This document shows, in pieces, positions 39,601-50,831 of a DNA stretch of 60,000 nt. Location of the stretch: the NCBI GenBank assembly GCA_051294905.1, contig CM119371.1, positions 17,424,001-17,484,000 of the forward strand. Direction: 5' to 3'. This DNA comes from Botryllus schlosseri. Taxonomy: Eukaryota. The position numbers and the translations under genes are program-made. Within the stretch, counting starts at the first letter, position 1; the number at the start of each line of letters is the position of its first letter. The notes under the pieces were generated by a model. It saw nothing but the letters and a program-made list of their open reading frames with translations. It was not told where the DNA came from and made no database searches.

Positions 39601-40952
39601 AGCCCGTTTCATTGGTTCCACGGAATCCAAGAGACACGGCACTCTACTGATGTATATGATATGAGATGTACGACGTAAACCGTCTTGGCCATCATTGGTT
39701 GCAGATAATTATGCCCTTGGCGGTCTTATCGTCGGATTGCAATACTTTTTGCGTTACGCCTTGTGCAGTGGCGAAGGCAAGGGAAGCTGAGGTTCGGAAT
39801 CTAAACGCCGTCCTCCGAAATGATAATTTTATCCCCAATGTTTATAAGCTCATTTGTAATTAAACTTTTGCCGTTGTTCTGTTGCGCTGTTTCGACCAAA
39901 CAATACGGTGAAACTTTCTAAGTTGTAGTCTCCCCTTTCTGAATTGCATAAAACTAGGGTTACCATATTCTGGAATTGGGAAAGGTGGACACTTTTTCAA
40001 AATTTTCAAACTTAGAATACCGGTGGAAAATCCTGAGAAAATGGTAAATTTGTCCACTTCCTGGTTGGTTGACTAAAAAATAAAAATTAATGTCAACTTT
40101 CGCTCAGCTCCCGAAATACCCGCCTGAGCGTTAGTTCAGTGTAATTTTGTGGTATCTCGGTCAAATTTCGCCCTGTCATTAACCAAAATTCTCGAAAAAG
40201 GGGACAAAATCACAAAAAGGAGGACATTTAGGCGTCAGCAAAAGGGATCCGCAAAAGATTGGAAATTAGCGTAAGGGTTCCGCTGGTTCGTAAAGGTCAA
40301 GAACCGCTGCGGTATAGTTGTAATGTATCTTATACCACTATAAGAATCGCAATATCCGGTCTGATCGTGCCTGCTGGAGTGGATAGTATAAGCTGCAATA
40401 AATATCAATGGGAAGGTCGGGAGTTGGTTGGTTATATGAAATCACTGTGATGTCTGTTTAAGATTGGGATCTACGTCCCACCATTTAGGACTTTGGTTGC
40501 AAGGGCTACAAAGTTTTCTAAAATATCATGCACCTATATTCAAAAGTCTTGACATTTAGACCTAGCAAGACCCTACAAATATACACATACAGTTACACAT
40601 TGTACGGTAAATATACAAGAGGTATTAATATATAAATAGATACATCTATCATATATTTTGTATCGATTTTCAGTTTCACAAGAATTTAATTTTAATTTTC
40701 TTAAATCTGAAATGTAACGCAATATAAAATGTATTATCCCCGCTGATTATTATTTTCCAGACTCAAATCGTTTATCTGTCCAACGGCACGAAGGCGCCAT
40801 TCGTACATTGGAAATCAGGAAATCCTCAAGCAAAATCCGACCAAACCACTGTTCTACTCGACTTACACCCTGAAGGATCCAAGTCTAACGGGATGATGGA
40901 CAGGAAGCCTTCCCAAGGCTACGCGGCGATTCTATGTCAAATAAGTGTTTAG
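33632..40952 (+). CDS. Atypical C-type lectin-like protein, copy 3; exons 33632-33791, 38075-38310, 40761-40952 (195 aa)
   Basis: GT-AG junctions at homologous positions, open frame: MNPTMRF..RLSDLEYRLSLKMLQQL/DKCAVEWNGICYFALF..RTGMRCDPK/TQIVYLSNGTKAPFVHWKSGNPQAKSDQTTVLLDLHPEGSKSNGMMDRKPSQGYAAILCQISV*. Introns are enlarged by transposons. Confidence 0.85.
36043..37725. mobile_element. Kolobok-like non-autonomous DNA transposon in intron 1 of copy 3
   Basis: TTAA on both sides; TIR ggccctaagatgcagct..agctgcaccttagggcc (RR..YY termini fit Kolobok rather than piggyBac). Confidence 0.78.
38583..38840 (+). mobile_element. tRNA-derived SINE family A, near full length, in intron 2 of copy 3
   Basis: Head gcgagatagcgtagtggt (A box)..ttcgagtcc (B box), body ccgcgtaagcggtgtct, tail ggcctggtgtaagatgacc..acaccatgaata..aacaaacaaa; shared with other copies in the window. 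Confidence 0.75.
39557..40309. mobile_element. hAT-type MITE in intron 2 of copy 3
   Basis: cagtggttcttaacc..ggtcaagaaccgctg with ggttcc motifs; related partial copy from about 46820. Confidence 0.65.
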
Positions 40953-41060
40953 AATGGAAGTATTTATGTACCTGAGCCGATTGTAATACATTCACCGCGA
41001 TTTTTCGAATTAAGCGACATGAGGTTATTTCTAGACTTGACCAACTGACTCAGCGTCGAG

Positions 41061-41418
41061 TTTTTGTTGTTGTTAGTATTGTACATATGGTGTTCGGCTA
41101 CTATGGCCTTTTACACCAGGTCTCAAGAGTCTGAAGAATCCATTAGCGTCACAACTGTCTGCCGGTGAGGATAACGAATTCAGACACTGGTAGTAAAATC
41201 CGTGGATCCGATAACAGTTTTGTGAGCTGAAACGGTATGCCTCGATTCGCCGCTGTCGTCTTCAAGTGATCGCGGCCGTTCGAGCAGCGTTCGCAATGAA
41301 TTAAAAAGTGGTCGACCGTCTAGTCGATATCGCACGTATCGCATAAACCCGTGTTGTGGCATCCGATTCTGCGAAGGTGCCAGTGGAGTCTGCAGTGGCC
41401 CGTTTGCAATCTTATCAG
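41061..41418 (-). mobile_element. 3' fragment of an I-group (Nimb/I/Ingi-like) LINE: CCHC zinc knuckle, 3' UTR, (CAA)n tail
   Basis: Manual minus-strand translation 41418-41149: LIRLQTGHCRLHWHLRRIGCHNTGLCDTCDID*TVDHFLIHCERC..FVILTGRQL* (RL-x-TGH..C-x2-C..TV-x-H-x4-C); followed by cctggtgtaaaaggccatagtagccgaacacc and aacaacaacaaaaa. Confidence 0.8.
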
Positions 41419-42745
41419 AATTGATGAGATTTTTCGTAAGGATATGCTGCAGCTTGGCAAGATTGTTTGCGAAGCAAATATTTCGCGATATTGCGAATAA
41501 TCATCTGATTCCTTGAATTCATCATTCCATCTTTCATCACAGTGTTTGGCGTCGAGTTGTAGATACTGTGCTCCTGTGGCACCCGGGAAAAATTGTGAAA
41601 TAATAGTGCTATTCGTGTTTTATATATATATATGTGTATCATCATCAACATGCGATACTGGGACATTTATCCGGGGTGTTCAACAAAATACTCCTACTTT
41701 TCAAATTGTTACAGTAGGATTTCCTTACTTCCAATCCCAAAACAAGCATATATCTTTCAGACTAATTCCGTTTCCGCTTAACAGTTTTATGAAAAAACTT
41801 CACTTTCGTCTTGCTCTGCGAATCTAGTTAAATATAGAAAGTAGGTTGAATATATTTTTCATCACCTTTCTAGTAATATTCTCATAACAACGGTCAAAAA
41901 CCTCTGATTCAGGGAAAACGAATTTATTTTGTATCATTGCACCTACAATGTCATTAGGTATATTTTGATATTCGCGAAGATGCTCTACCCATTTAGGAAG
42001 GCAGGTCGGATATTGTTGAAAGTATATGTCAACACAGGGTTGTAACCTAGTTACAAGGTTCCGAGTGACAAGTCGATCTCACTTTTATAGTTTTGACGCT
42101 AGTCAAGTCGAGTCATTTTCAATTCAACATCGAGTCAAGTCCGAGTCCAAGTCCAAGTCAGTTTGTAGAGAGTCGACTTCGCGTCAAACTGTTGTGACTA
42201 GATTCCTAGCTCAAGTCACTGTGTTCACAGTTCAGTTTTGAGTTCGATTCGGTTCAACCCACATTTTCAACTCTACTCAAGTGATATAGAATGGCTCGTA
42301 ATTTTTCTCACTCGTGACAGTTCCTTGCCCGATATATACGAAACGGAATATTGTATTTACTTGAGTGAGTACTATAAGTATAGAGCAAACTACTTGAAGA
42401 CTTTAAAAAGTCCAAGTACTTCATTACCGGCTAGCTCTGATCCGAAACGAGCAATTTCTCATGTAAGCCTTTATTTTTGGCTGTCTCGTCGCTTCTTCTC
42501 TTTACACATTTTGACAGTAAATCAGAGGTTTCCAGGTTGGGAATCGTTTTACCTTGGACATGGCGTCTGGAAGACGCCAATTAAACGTGATGCCAACTAA
42601 CCGGTATCAACATTTTGGTACGTTTTTCAAAATAATAAAAAAAAACTTTGAAGGATTAAATGCAGGCAACATAGGTATCAGTGGGAGCAGAATGTCAAGG
42701 TGCCACCTACTGTTAGGTAAAATTGGTGTCCAGTCCAGCCAATAC

Positions 42746-43313
42746 CAGGGTTGTAATGACTCGAGTCACGACATTCTGATTACTCGACTTGACTCGAGTC
42801 ATTTTCTCAAAATACGGAAATGACTCCACTCGACTCGAGTCAATCTGTGTATTGACTCGACTTGGACTCGAGTCATTGCGCATGACTCGAGCCAAGTCAT
42901 ATGACTCGAGACGCAGACGGCCAAGACCAACATTTCATTGTAATTTAGAAGAATAGTAAAGTAACCACATTATTGGGATTTCGTCTATTGGTACTGGTAC
43001 TTGAAAATGTGACCAAAAACTGCTAAAAGTGAGGAAAATTAGCGTATTATGAATGCGAACCCTTCGATATCACCAAACAGAGTTATAAAAAGTGGGTTGA
43101 CCAAGACTTTAACAGGAAACTGAGCAGTCAACACAATGATTTGGACTCGACTCGAGTCATAATACCGTGACTCGGACTCGACCCTCTTTTCGCTGACTTG
43201 GATTCGGGCTTGACTCGGTGGTGAATTGATAATGACTCGACTTGACACGAGTAAAAACTGTAAAAGTGAGATTGACTTCTCACTCGGTGTCTCGTGACTT
43301 GGTTACAACCCTG
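42746..43313. mobile_element. hAT-type MITE with GACTCGAGTC repeats
   Basis: TIR cagggttgtaa..ttacaaccctg; TSD gccaatac/tccaatac; an inverted partial copy of its right end lies at 42035 to about 42230. Confidence 0.8.
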
Positions 43314-43387
43314 TCCAATACTAAGAAGATCAAGACTCAAAACAGAATAATAAACTGTTACATCATAGTTTCTTTATAGCCTATCTA

Positions 43388-44130
43388 TATATCACAGTTG
43401 CCGGCTGTGTAGTGTGGACTGGTATCACGGCCACTCGTCGTCATCTGGCACAGGGTTTCATGTACTGTCGTCTCTTCCTGTCTATATATTCTCAATGTAA
43501 ATAATAACTCATGTCGATCTATTACAGTTTCCGGCTATGTACAGGCCTCACGGCCACTCGTCGTCATCCGGTACATGAACTGTCGTCTCTTCGTATCTAT
43601 TTATTTCCACTATAAACGATAACACTGTGCTCACTATCACAGGTTCCGGTTGTGTACTGATCTCACGGCCACTCGTCGTCATCCGGTACATGAACTGTCG
43701 TTTTTTCTTATCTATTTATTTCCAATATAAATGATAAGACTGTGCTCACTATCACAGGTTCCGGCTTTGTACTGGTCTCACGGCCACTCGTCGTCATCCG
43801 GTACATGAACTGTCGTTTTTTCTTATCTAATTATTTCAAATATAAATGATAACACTCTGCTCACTATCACAGGTTCCGGCTTTGTACTGATCTCACGGCC
43901 ACTCGTCGTCATGCGGTACATGAACTGTCGTTTTTTCTTATCTATTTATTTCCAATAGAAATGATAATACTGTGCTCACTATCACAGGTTCCGGCTTTGT
44001 ACTGGTCTCACGGCCACTCGTCGTCATCTGGTACAGGGTATCATGTACTGTCGTCTCTTTCTATCTCAATTCCTAAATATTATCAATGTAAATATTAACA
44101 CATGTCGCTCCATCACTGTTTCGGGTTATG
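43388..44130. repeat. Minisatellite, about 115-bp unit, 6 copies plus partial
   Basis: cacggccactcgtcgtcat at 43426, 43549, 43664, 43779, 43894, 44009. Confidence 0.95.
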
Positions 44131-44400
44131 CACATTAGGGCTCTTCAAAAATGACATTTTTAGTCAAATCGCACTGGCTACTTGATAAACAGAGAAAGTT
44201 GTTAAGTTATCTAATTTGAGCCTACACACCAAATTTGGTTCAATTCCAACCTGTAGCCGCATTGCTATAGGAGAAGAAAGTTTATATTTATTATATAAAA
44301 ATAAATAACAAAATATTTGATCATTTTCTGTTCACCCCATGAAAGTGTTAGGTTGTCTATGGAAACGATGTTCACCAACACTTACATATCGGAATTCTGA

Positions 44401-44476
44401 AGTCGACCTCGGTCGGACTCGAACCCGCACGCATTGGTGTTGCAGCCGCGGAATATACCGCTGCGCTATCTCGCCC
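44401..44476 (-). mobile_element. tRNA-like head of SINE family A (Cys-like GCA loop)
   Basis: Reverse complement gggcgagatagcgcagcggtatattccgcggctgcaacaccaatgcgtgcgggttcgagtccgaccgaggtcgact has A and B boxes and aligns to 38583-38657; poor acceptor and anticodon stems. Confidence 0.7.
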
Positions 44477-45007
44477 AAGCTTCATGGCATGCTTTGTTAA
44501 GTAACTAGTAACTCCAACAGACCAACACATTTAGCGCAATACTTGATAAAAGTTGCGGTAACTAGTTTCACGAAGAATAGAAAGTGTTGCATCACGCTAC
44601 ATAAATTATTATCAGCAAAAAAGCTGCAAAACTTGCCATATATTTATACTTAGGTCATGTTTTAGTAACTTTTGCAATTTTTTACAGCTTTCAGACCTTT
44701 CTAAATATTCAGAATTCATGTAGAATGATATTTTAAAACAATGGTTCTCAACTTGGGGGCGCGGGAGCCTAGTCTCTCAGGGGGGCGCGAGAAATTGACA
44801 AAGTCCTTATAAATTGCATGACGAAACATGTGTTTCACAACTATTCTGAGACGACGATTGTTTTAAAGATGAAATTTATTTCGTATTCAAGAAAGTTTGC
44901 CAAATACAAACTCCAGCAGTCGCGCTCAACGGAGTATAGGCTGATTTCAACTTCATTTGAGCAAAATTTTGATATTCTTTAAAGATTTAGAGCAACTCCC
45001 ACGTGTC

Positions 45008-45141
45008 AGCGGTGTCTTACAAAAGCCTAGAGGTGGGCCGTGCTATAAGTCGGCAGTTACGGAAATAAGAAGCATATCGGCCTGGTGTAAATGACCATAG
45101 CAGTCGACACACCATGAATACCCCAAAACAAACAAACAAAC
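45008..45141 (+). mobile_element. 5'-truncated SINE family A copy
   Basis: Near-identical to 33022-33149, ending in (caaa)n. A further tail-only copy lies on the minus strand at about 52294-52352. Confidence 0.75.
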
Positions 45142-47962
45142 GTGTAAGTCATTCATTATTAATTCATAGCTTTCGCAGTAGCCCAAAGCTCGGTGCGCTG
45201 GGTGGCTGTTGTAAATAGCTGGCGAACTGCACTGCCTGAACAGGTATGGGCAACATACGACCCGTGGGCCGGCACCAGCCGCCGACTGGATTTAGTCCGG
45301 CCCGCGGACGGTTTCCCATCTTACATGATGATGTGGCCCATGGCCACAGTCTGCCGAAATTCCGCCCTACTTGCCTAAACGTCAACTTTTAGCGACTGTA
45401 TGTTATTATATACGTGCTGAGTGAATAAATATATGATTTTGTAAATTAACCCTCACTTTCTCATGTAGCCAAATTATAAAATATCCACGTAGCAGATTAC
45501 GTTAAAAATGTAATTCGCTGTTGTCAATTGAGAAATGAAATACGCCATCGAATATTGTTTAAACTTTTGGCTCGACCCATCAACCTTGTTTTTGCATCAC
45601 ATTTTGCCCGCCTTTAAAAATAATTGCCCACCCCTGGACTTGGCTATCATTGACTGCAGACAATCGGGCGCGATCATGTGTATAATGTGGTTGATTATTG
45701 TTTTCGCGACTCGGCGATAATTCTGTTTCCCCCGGCTTGCAGATTAGCGTGAGGGTTAGCCACGTTATGAAATAAAGGTTAAGAACCACCTTTCCAAATC
45801 GACTACATGAGACACGCTTAATGAGAAAATGTTCTCACTCTTCTCTTCAAGGATAGTCATATTAGATAAAAATAAAACAAACATTTGATACAGACAGTAC
45901 ACATCTGTATATCACTTTGACTTGGGAAAGTCGAACCTGTTCACTGTACAGTCCAACATTATCGCTCCTTCTGCTTTCAACTTGAAGTAAAAATGTTGGC
46001 AAGCTGTCTTTTCCCGCGGGGAGCTGTCATATTATACACGTGGAGATAACAAAAATTGGTTCAAGAACCGGTGACGATGTAAGCATCCGTCATTTCTGTA
46101 CTGACGAAGAGGAAAGACGAGTGCAGAACTACTGCTTCTGGTAATTTACAATATCTGAAATACAGCCTGGGAGATTATCGGTTCGCCGACAATATCGAGT
46201 CGATATCACACTTTGGTAGAATCATCGGTATCAGCCATTGGAGGTAAAAAAAACATGACGTGACGTCACAACATGGCTGTCGGTATTCAGAAAACTATAA
46301 TCCTTCACCGCTATACTGGGAATAGTGCTGTATTTCATATACCCTACACTTTCAGCATGTCGAGATGTGAACTTTCTGTTTTATTTAATCTTCGAGTATG
46401 ACAATGGGTGTAAAGCTGTTTAAATAAATGCTATGAAGTTATTAAAATGCGCCTTTTGGGGAAGATTCCACCTCATTCGAATAACAACTGAATATATCGG
46501 CGAAGGTGATAGATATCGTTATTATCGGTATCGGCCAAAAAGTTCAATATTGGTCTGGTTCTAATCTCAAATGTAACTTGACCATGAATGGGATTTCGTT
46601 TGCCAAATATTTAAAAAGGCTCAAATTCGGAATCGAGAAATTGAGAAAAACTTCCAATAGAAATATGAAATCTGAGTTAGTTGAGTCTATCTATAAACAA
46701 TATGTAACAGCAGTCGAAAAGCTGATCAGAACTGATATCTGAAATCCCGACATATATCTATAATATCGCGCTACAAAATTCTAATCAACGCAACCGGCAG
46801 GTGACCCATTCTTGAAAACCAGTGGTTCATAACCGGTGTTTCCAAAAATAACAGGGAATCCCTGAGTCAGTCTCACGGGTTCCTTAGATGTCGGGTTGGT
46901 TGCCTTTGATTAAAACATGTTTTTTTATTTTAAGCCATTACGTCATGAATATTTAATTGTGACGTCATACTGGATTGACGCTGACAATTGAAAATATAGG
47001 GTAAATATAGCTACTTTGACGAAATACATGTACTATTTCTGTTGAACCGACTATTATCAGGGTTCCAACCATCCCATATCAATACACGTCGGCTATATTG
47101 GGTGGTAAACGTCCGGAGGCTCCGTCAACATGTTTTTTGGAAAGTAAAATTACTCAATTAAGGCATAATTATATGACTTAAAAAAAATGTTTTAGGCAAA
47201 GTCATTTAAAGAGCCATTTGTTTTAAATGCATCCATATAACTGGATGTAACGACACACACGTAACTCATGCATATGATATGTGATGACAAGCCCGTTTAT
47301 GCCGTCATTGGTTGTGGGCAGTTAGGCTCGATCAGTGATAGCATTCTGACTGTTGTGGTGGTACGTTATTTGCAGTGGCGTAGGCAGGGCGGTTTGGGTT
47401 CAAAATAGAAACCACGTCCCTCTGAGATGTCATTTCATCCCCAATATTCAATAGCTCATTTGCAATTAGGCAATTGGTGTCGCTGTTGCGTTCCGGCGGA
47501 GCAATACGGCGACACTTCGAAGGTGATGCCTCGCATTTCAGAACTAGACTAATAAATTGACTGCGGAATTCACACTGATTTGCCATGAATATTGATCATG
47601 ACATTCTCCGTGTCACAATCATATATCAACGGGTTGTTTCTTTAGAACTTGTTTGATACATATCCGCGCCTGCAGTTTCTCGTGATTTACAAAACGATTG
47701 CTAATGTCTCCCGAACTATTATCGACATGTCATTTTTTTCGCTATTTTCGAATTCCGGAAAGCGTCAAAACGCTTTGATACTCCTGTAAAATATTATTAC
47801 GGCTAAATCGCGTTGACATATATTTCCCGTTCTCTATGATATTCATCTCAAACCAGAAAACAGATAAATACGAAATTGTTAACGTTATACCTGACACAGA
47901 CTACTTTAACATTTGAAACGAAACACGTTCAATTTAGAAAATCGTCAGAAATATCGGTTAGT

Positions 47963-50831
47963 ATGAATACCTTGATGTGTTTTATTACTGGAGTTATTAT
48001 ATTTGCAAATGCGATTATCGCATTATCGCACGATGATCATCAATTCCCGACCAGTGCAGAAGTCATGCAGAGACTTTCCGAATTGGAACAGAGACTTTCC
48101 GACTCGGAATATCGCCTCAGTTTGAAGACACTGCAACTAACAGGTATTCATTGGAATTAGCATAAGCAATTCTAATTTTCCTTGATGCAATGTTTTTATT
48201 TGTATTTTTCCTATATGTTGATATTTCTTGGTAAATCAAAAGTTTTAAGAATGAAAACTTCTGTGGAAACATGCTGCTCCGGGTTTAGGTTTCTCGACTT
48301 TCCTGACTGTTATATCGAGCTTACCGTCCAAACCTTCCTAATCTTCATATTAAGTTTAAACAAGTTGCATAATTGATACTTATGTTATTAATTTGCACGG
48401 TTGACTAATAAAGCTTCTCTCTCTCTCTCTCTCCCTCCCTATCTCTCTCTCCCCTCTCCCTGTTCCTGTCCCTCTCCCTCTCCCTCTCCTCCATATCAGC
48501 CGATTATAGGTATTTCACTGTGATAAATCTCACGCAATACACAGTATGAATGTGACTACTGTTTTTTATGGAAAGCTAATAGGTAATAACCCCAATCACA
48601 CTACGATCTGAAAGGATAAAGAATTGCAGCAAACACGTTCAGCTCCAGTGTAAGCGTGACACCTGGAGACAGCGACCGAAAGCGAAGCGCGACGTCTGTC
48701 GCGGTCGATTAGTGTTCAATTATAACGAGCCATAATTGCGGAACTAAACATAATACAGCAAACGAAAGTTGAGATATATGACACTGCATGATTTTTCTCA
48801 TAATGCGGGCTCAAATTTAATTTCTGCTCGGTTCTCGTCGGGACCTAAAAAGACCGGTTCACTGCTGACTTTCGATAAACAGATAGGTCTACTTAATGCT
48901 CCAAATCTTGTTGAAATGTCGGCCTTCAGCCGCATCATTCATTGCTGCCCATAACATCGTTTGTGAGTGCGGATGACCGCTAATCACGTGTACTGATAGC
49001 ATTGGTTTACGAAATAGGATTTGGCACAGACCTGGCAACAAACAAGAGTTGAACCTGAATATGCAAACAGTGACTATTATTTTAATTTTTACGGCATACT
49101 TTTTGGCTTCATTTTGAACCTGAATTTCTCATACAACGTAGCCTACGTATTAGGTTACGTGATCACGGTACATAAATCAGCCAGACAGCAGAGTTAGCGC
49201 ATTTACAGTTCACTTAATATAGTTTGGTCCACGCATTACCATTACCAAATAGATTCACGGTCTAAATTCCAAGGAACTCTCCGCAGGCCGCACTTGTCCT
49301 GCTGGCCGCACGATGCCCACATTACCCATCAGGTCTGCTCAACTAGTATCTGTCATGTCGAAGGCGTCGGATTAACCAACTACGCCAGCTTCAGAACTAA
49401 TCTTCAGAACCGAGCGAGATAGTGTAATGGTTATGCGTCCGGCTTCTCGAGCAGTAGGTCGTGGGTTCGATCCCCGGCCGGGTCATACCAAAGACTCGAA
49501 AATTGGTATCCGCAGCTATCCTGCTAGGCGCTCAGCAATCACGGATAGCATGGAGGAGAAAAAAAGGGGGCGCAGACTAGATGACCTCATGGGGCCGTAT
49601 CGCAACTCCGTCGTCAAAGCATCTCGATGGTGCAGGCGAAAAAGAATATCATATCTCTCTCTCTCTCTCAAAAATGTTGTGTTAAGGCGATGCATATAGA
49701 TATTCAATTCATATTGATCATTATAAAAGCCATTACGGAAAAGAAGTTCTATAACTCGATCATTTGTATTCAGATAAGTGTGCGATTGAATGGAATGGTA
49801 TCTGATTCTTTGCTATATTTGATCATCCCAAAAATTATTAATCAAGAGGCAGCAAGACTAGCATGCACAAAACAAGGGGCCGAGCTTGGCAACATTTATG
49901 CAGAGGGTCAATACGAAGTTATCATGGAATATCTTCGACCATATATCGCTGCCAGAAATGATGGAGTAGAAGCGTTTGGGATCAGGACTGGAATGAGATA
50001 CGAACCGAAGGTACCAAATATTTTCCTTTCAACATATACACATCTATAAATCACTGTTTGGCACGTGAATAGAAGAAGGATCGTTGCAATTGCGACGACG
50101 GGCAAATAATCCCATTAACACAGTTGTCACGAAATTCGATTCAGTAATTTTCACTAATCTTTATTAGACCTACGAAATTGATACTTCATACGGATCATTG
50201 AAATCATAGGGCCACCAAGCCCACCATAGATGTACATAATCAAAGTTTTGGAAATTCGCCGGGCTAGTATCCGGCAATTTTGCGGTAATGGATTAGATCC
50301 AGAATGTCATTTTATCCACCAAAACCGGATCCAAATATGGAGAGTATTCGAAATTTCCGATTCTTAAATGCGTCGTTTCGTTTTCCGGGAATTTGAAGAC
50401 TACTCCTAACTGACCGTTACGCAGTTACTTTTCTGCATTGTTCTGCTATTTCACTGCGTATTTCATGTAATTTATCTAAGATGTAATCACGCTGACAATA
50501 TCGATGATAAGATCCATTGACGTATAAAATGGAGCAGATTTTCTTTATCCGCATCTTGACTATCGGGTCAGGTGGCGAATGCTGCAATGCTGCAATGTAT
50601 TTTGCGATCTATCATGTACATGTATTATTATTTTTCTAGTCTGGAGTTGTTTACCTGCCCGACAACAGTGAGGCACCATCCGTACATTGGAGATCGGGAT
50701 ATCCTTATCCAGCATCCGATCGAACTACTGTACTACTCCATGTGTGGCCTGAAGGCTCGGAATATAATGGGATGTACAACTTGAAATCCTCGACTGGAAG
50801 CTTTGCTATTCCATGCCAAATAAATATATAG
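47963..50831 (+). pseudogene. C-type lectin-like pseudogene, copy 4; exons 47963-48143, 49774-50010, 50640-50831
   Basis: Closest paralog of copy 1. Exon 2 has TGA (49803-49805) in place of the conserved Cys codon (GIC) and is 237 nt rather than 236 nt (+1 frameshift near catcccaaaaattattaat). Exons 1 and 3 and the splice sites are intact. Confidence 0.85.
49409..49669 (+). mobile_element. tRNA-derived SINE family B (possible MetaSINE-type central domain) with (TC)n tail, in intron 1 of copy 4
   Basis: A box tagtgtaatgg, B box ggttcgatccc, then ccgggtcataccaaagactcgaaaattggtatcc..cctgctaggcgctcagca, tail cagactagatgacct..(tc)n. Confidence 0.75.

Noticed and set aside
43388..44130. CRISPR array
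   Set aside because: The sequence between cores is itself repeated (no unique spacers), there are no cas genes, and the context is eukaryotic.
44401..44476. Functional tRNA-Cys gene (also tRNA-like 38583-38657 and 49411-49485)
   Set aside because: Stems do not pair properly and the sequences belong to SINE families.
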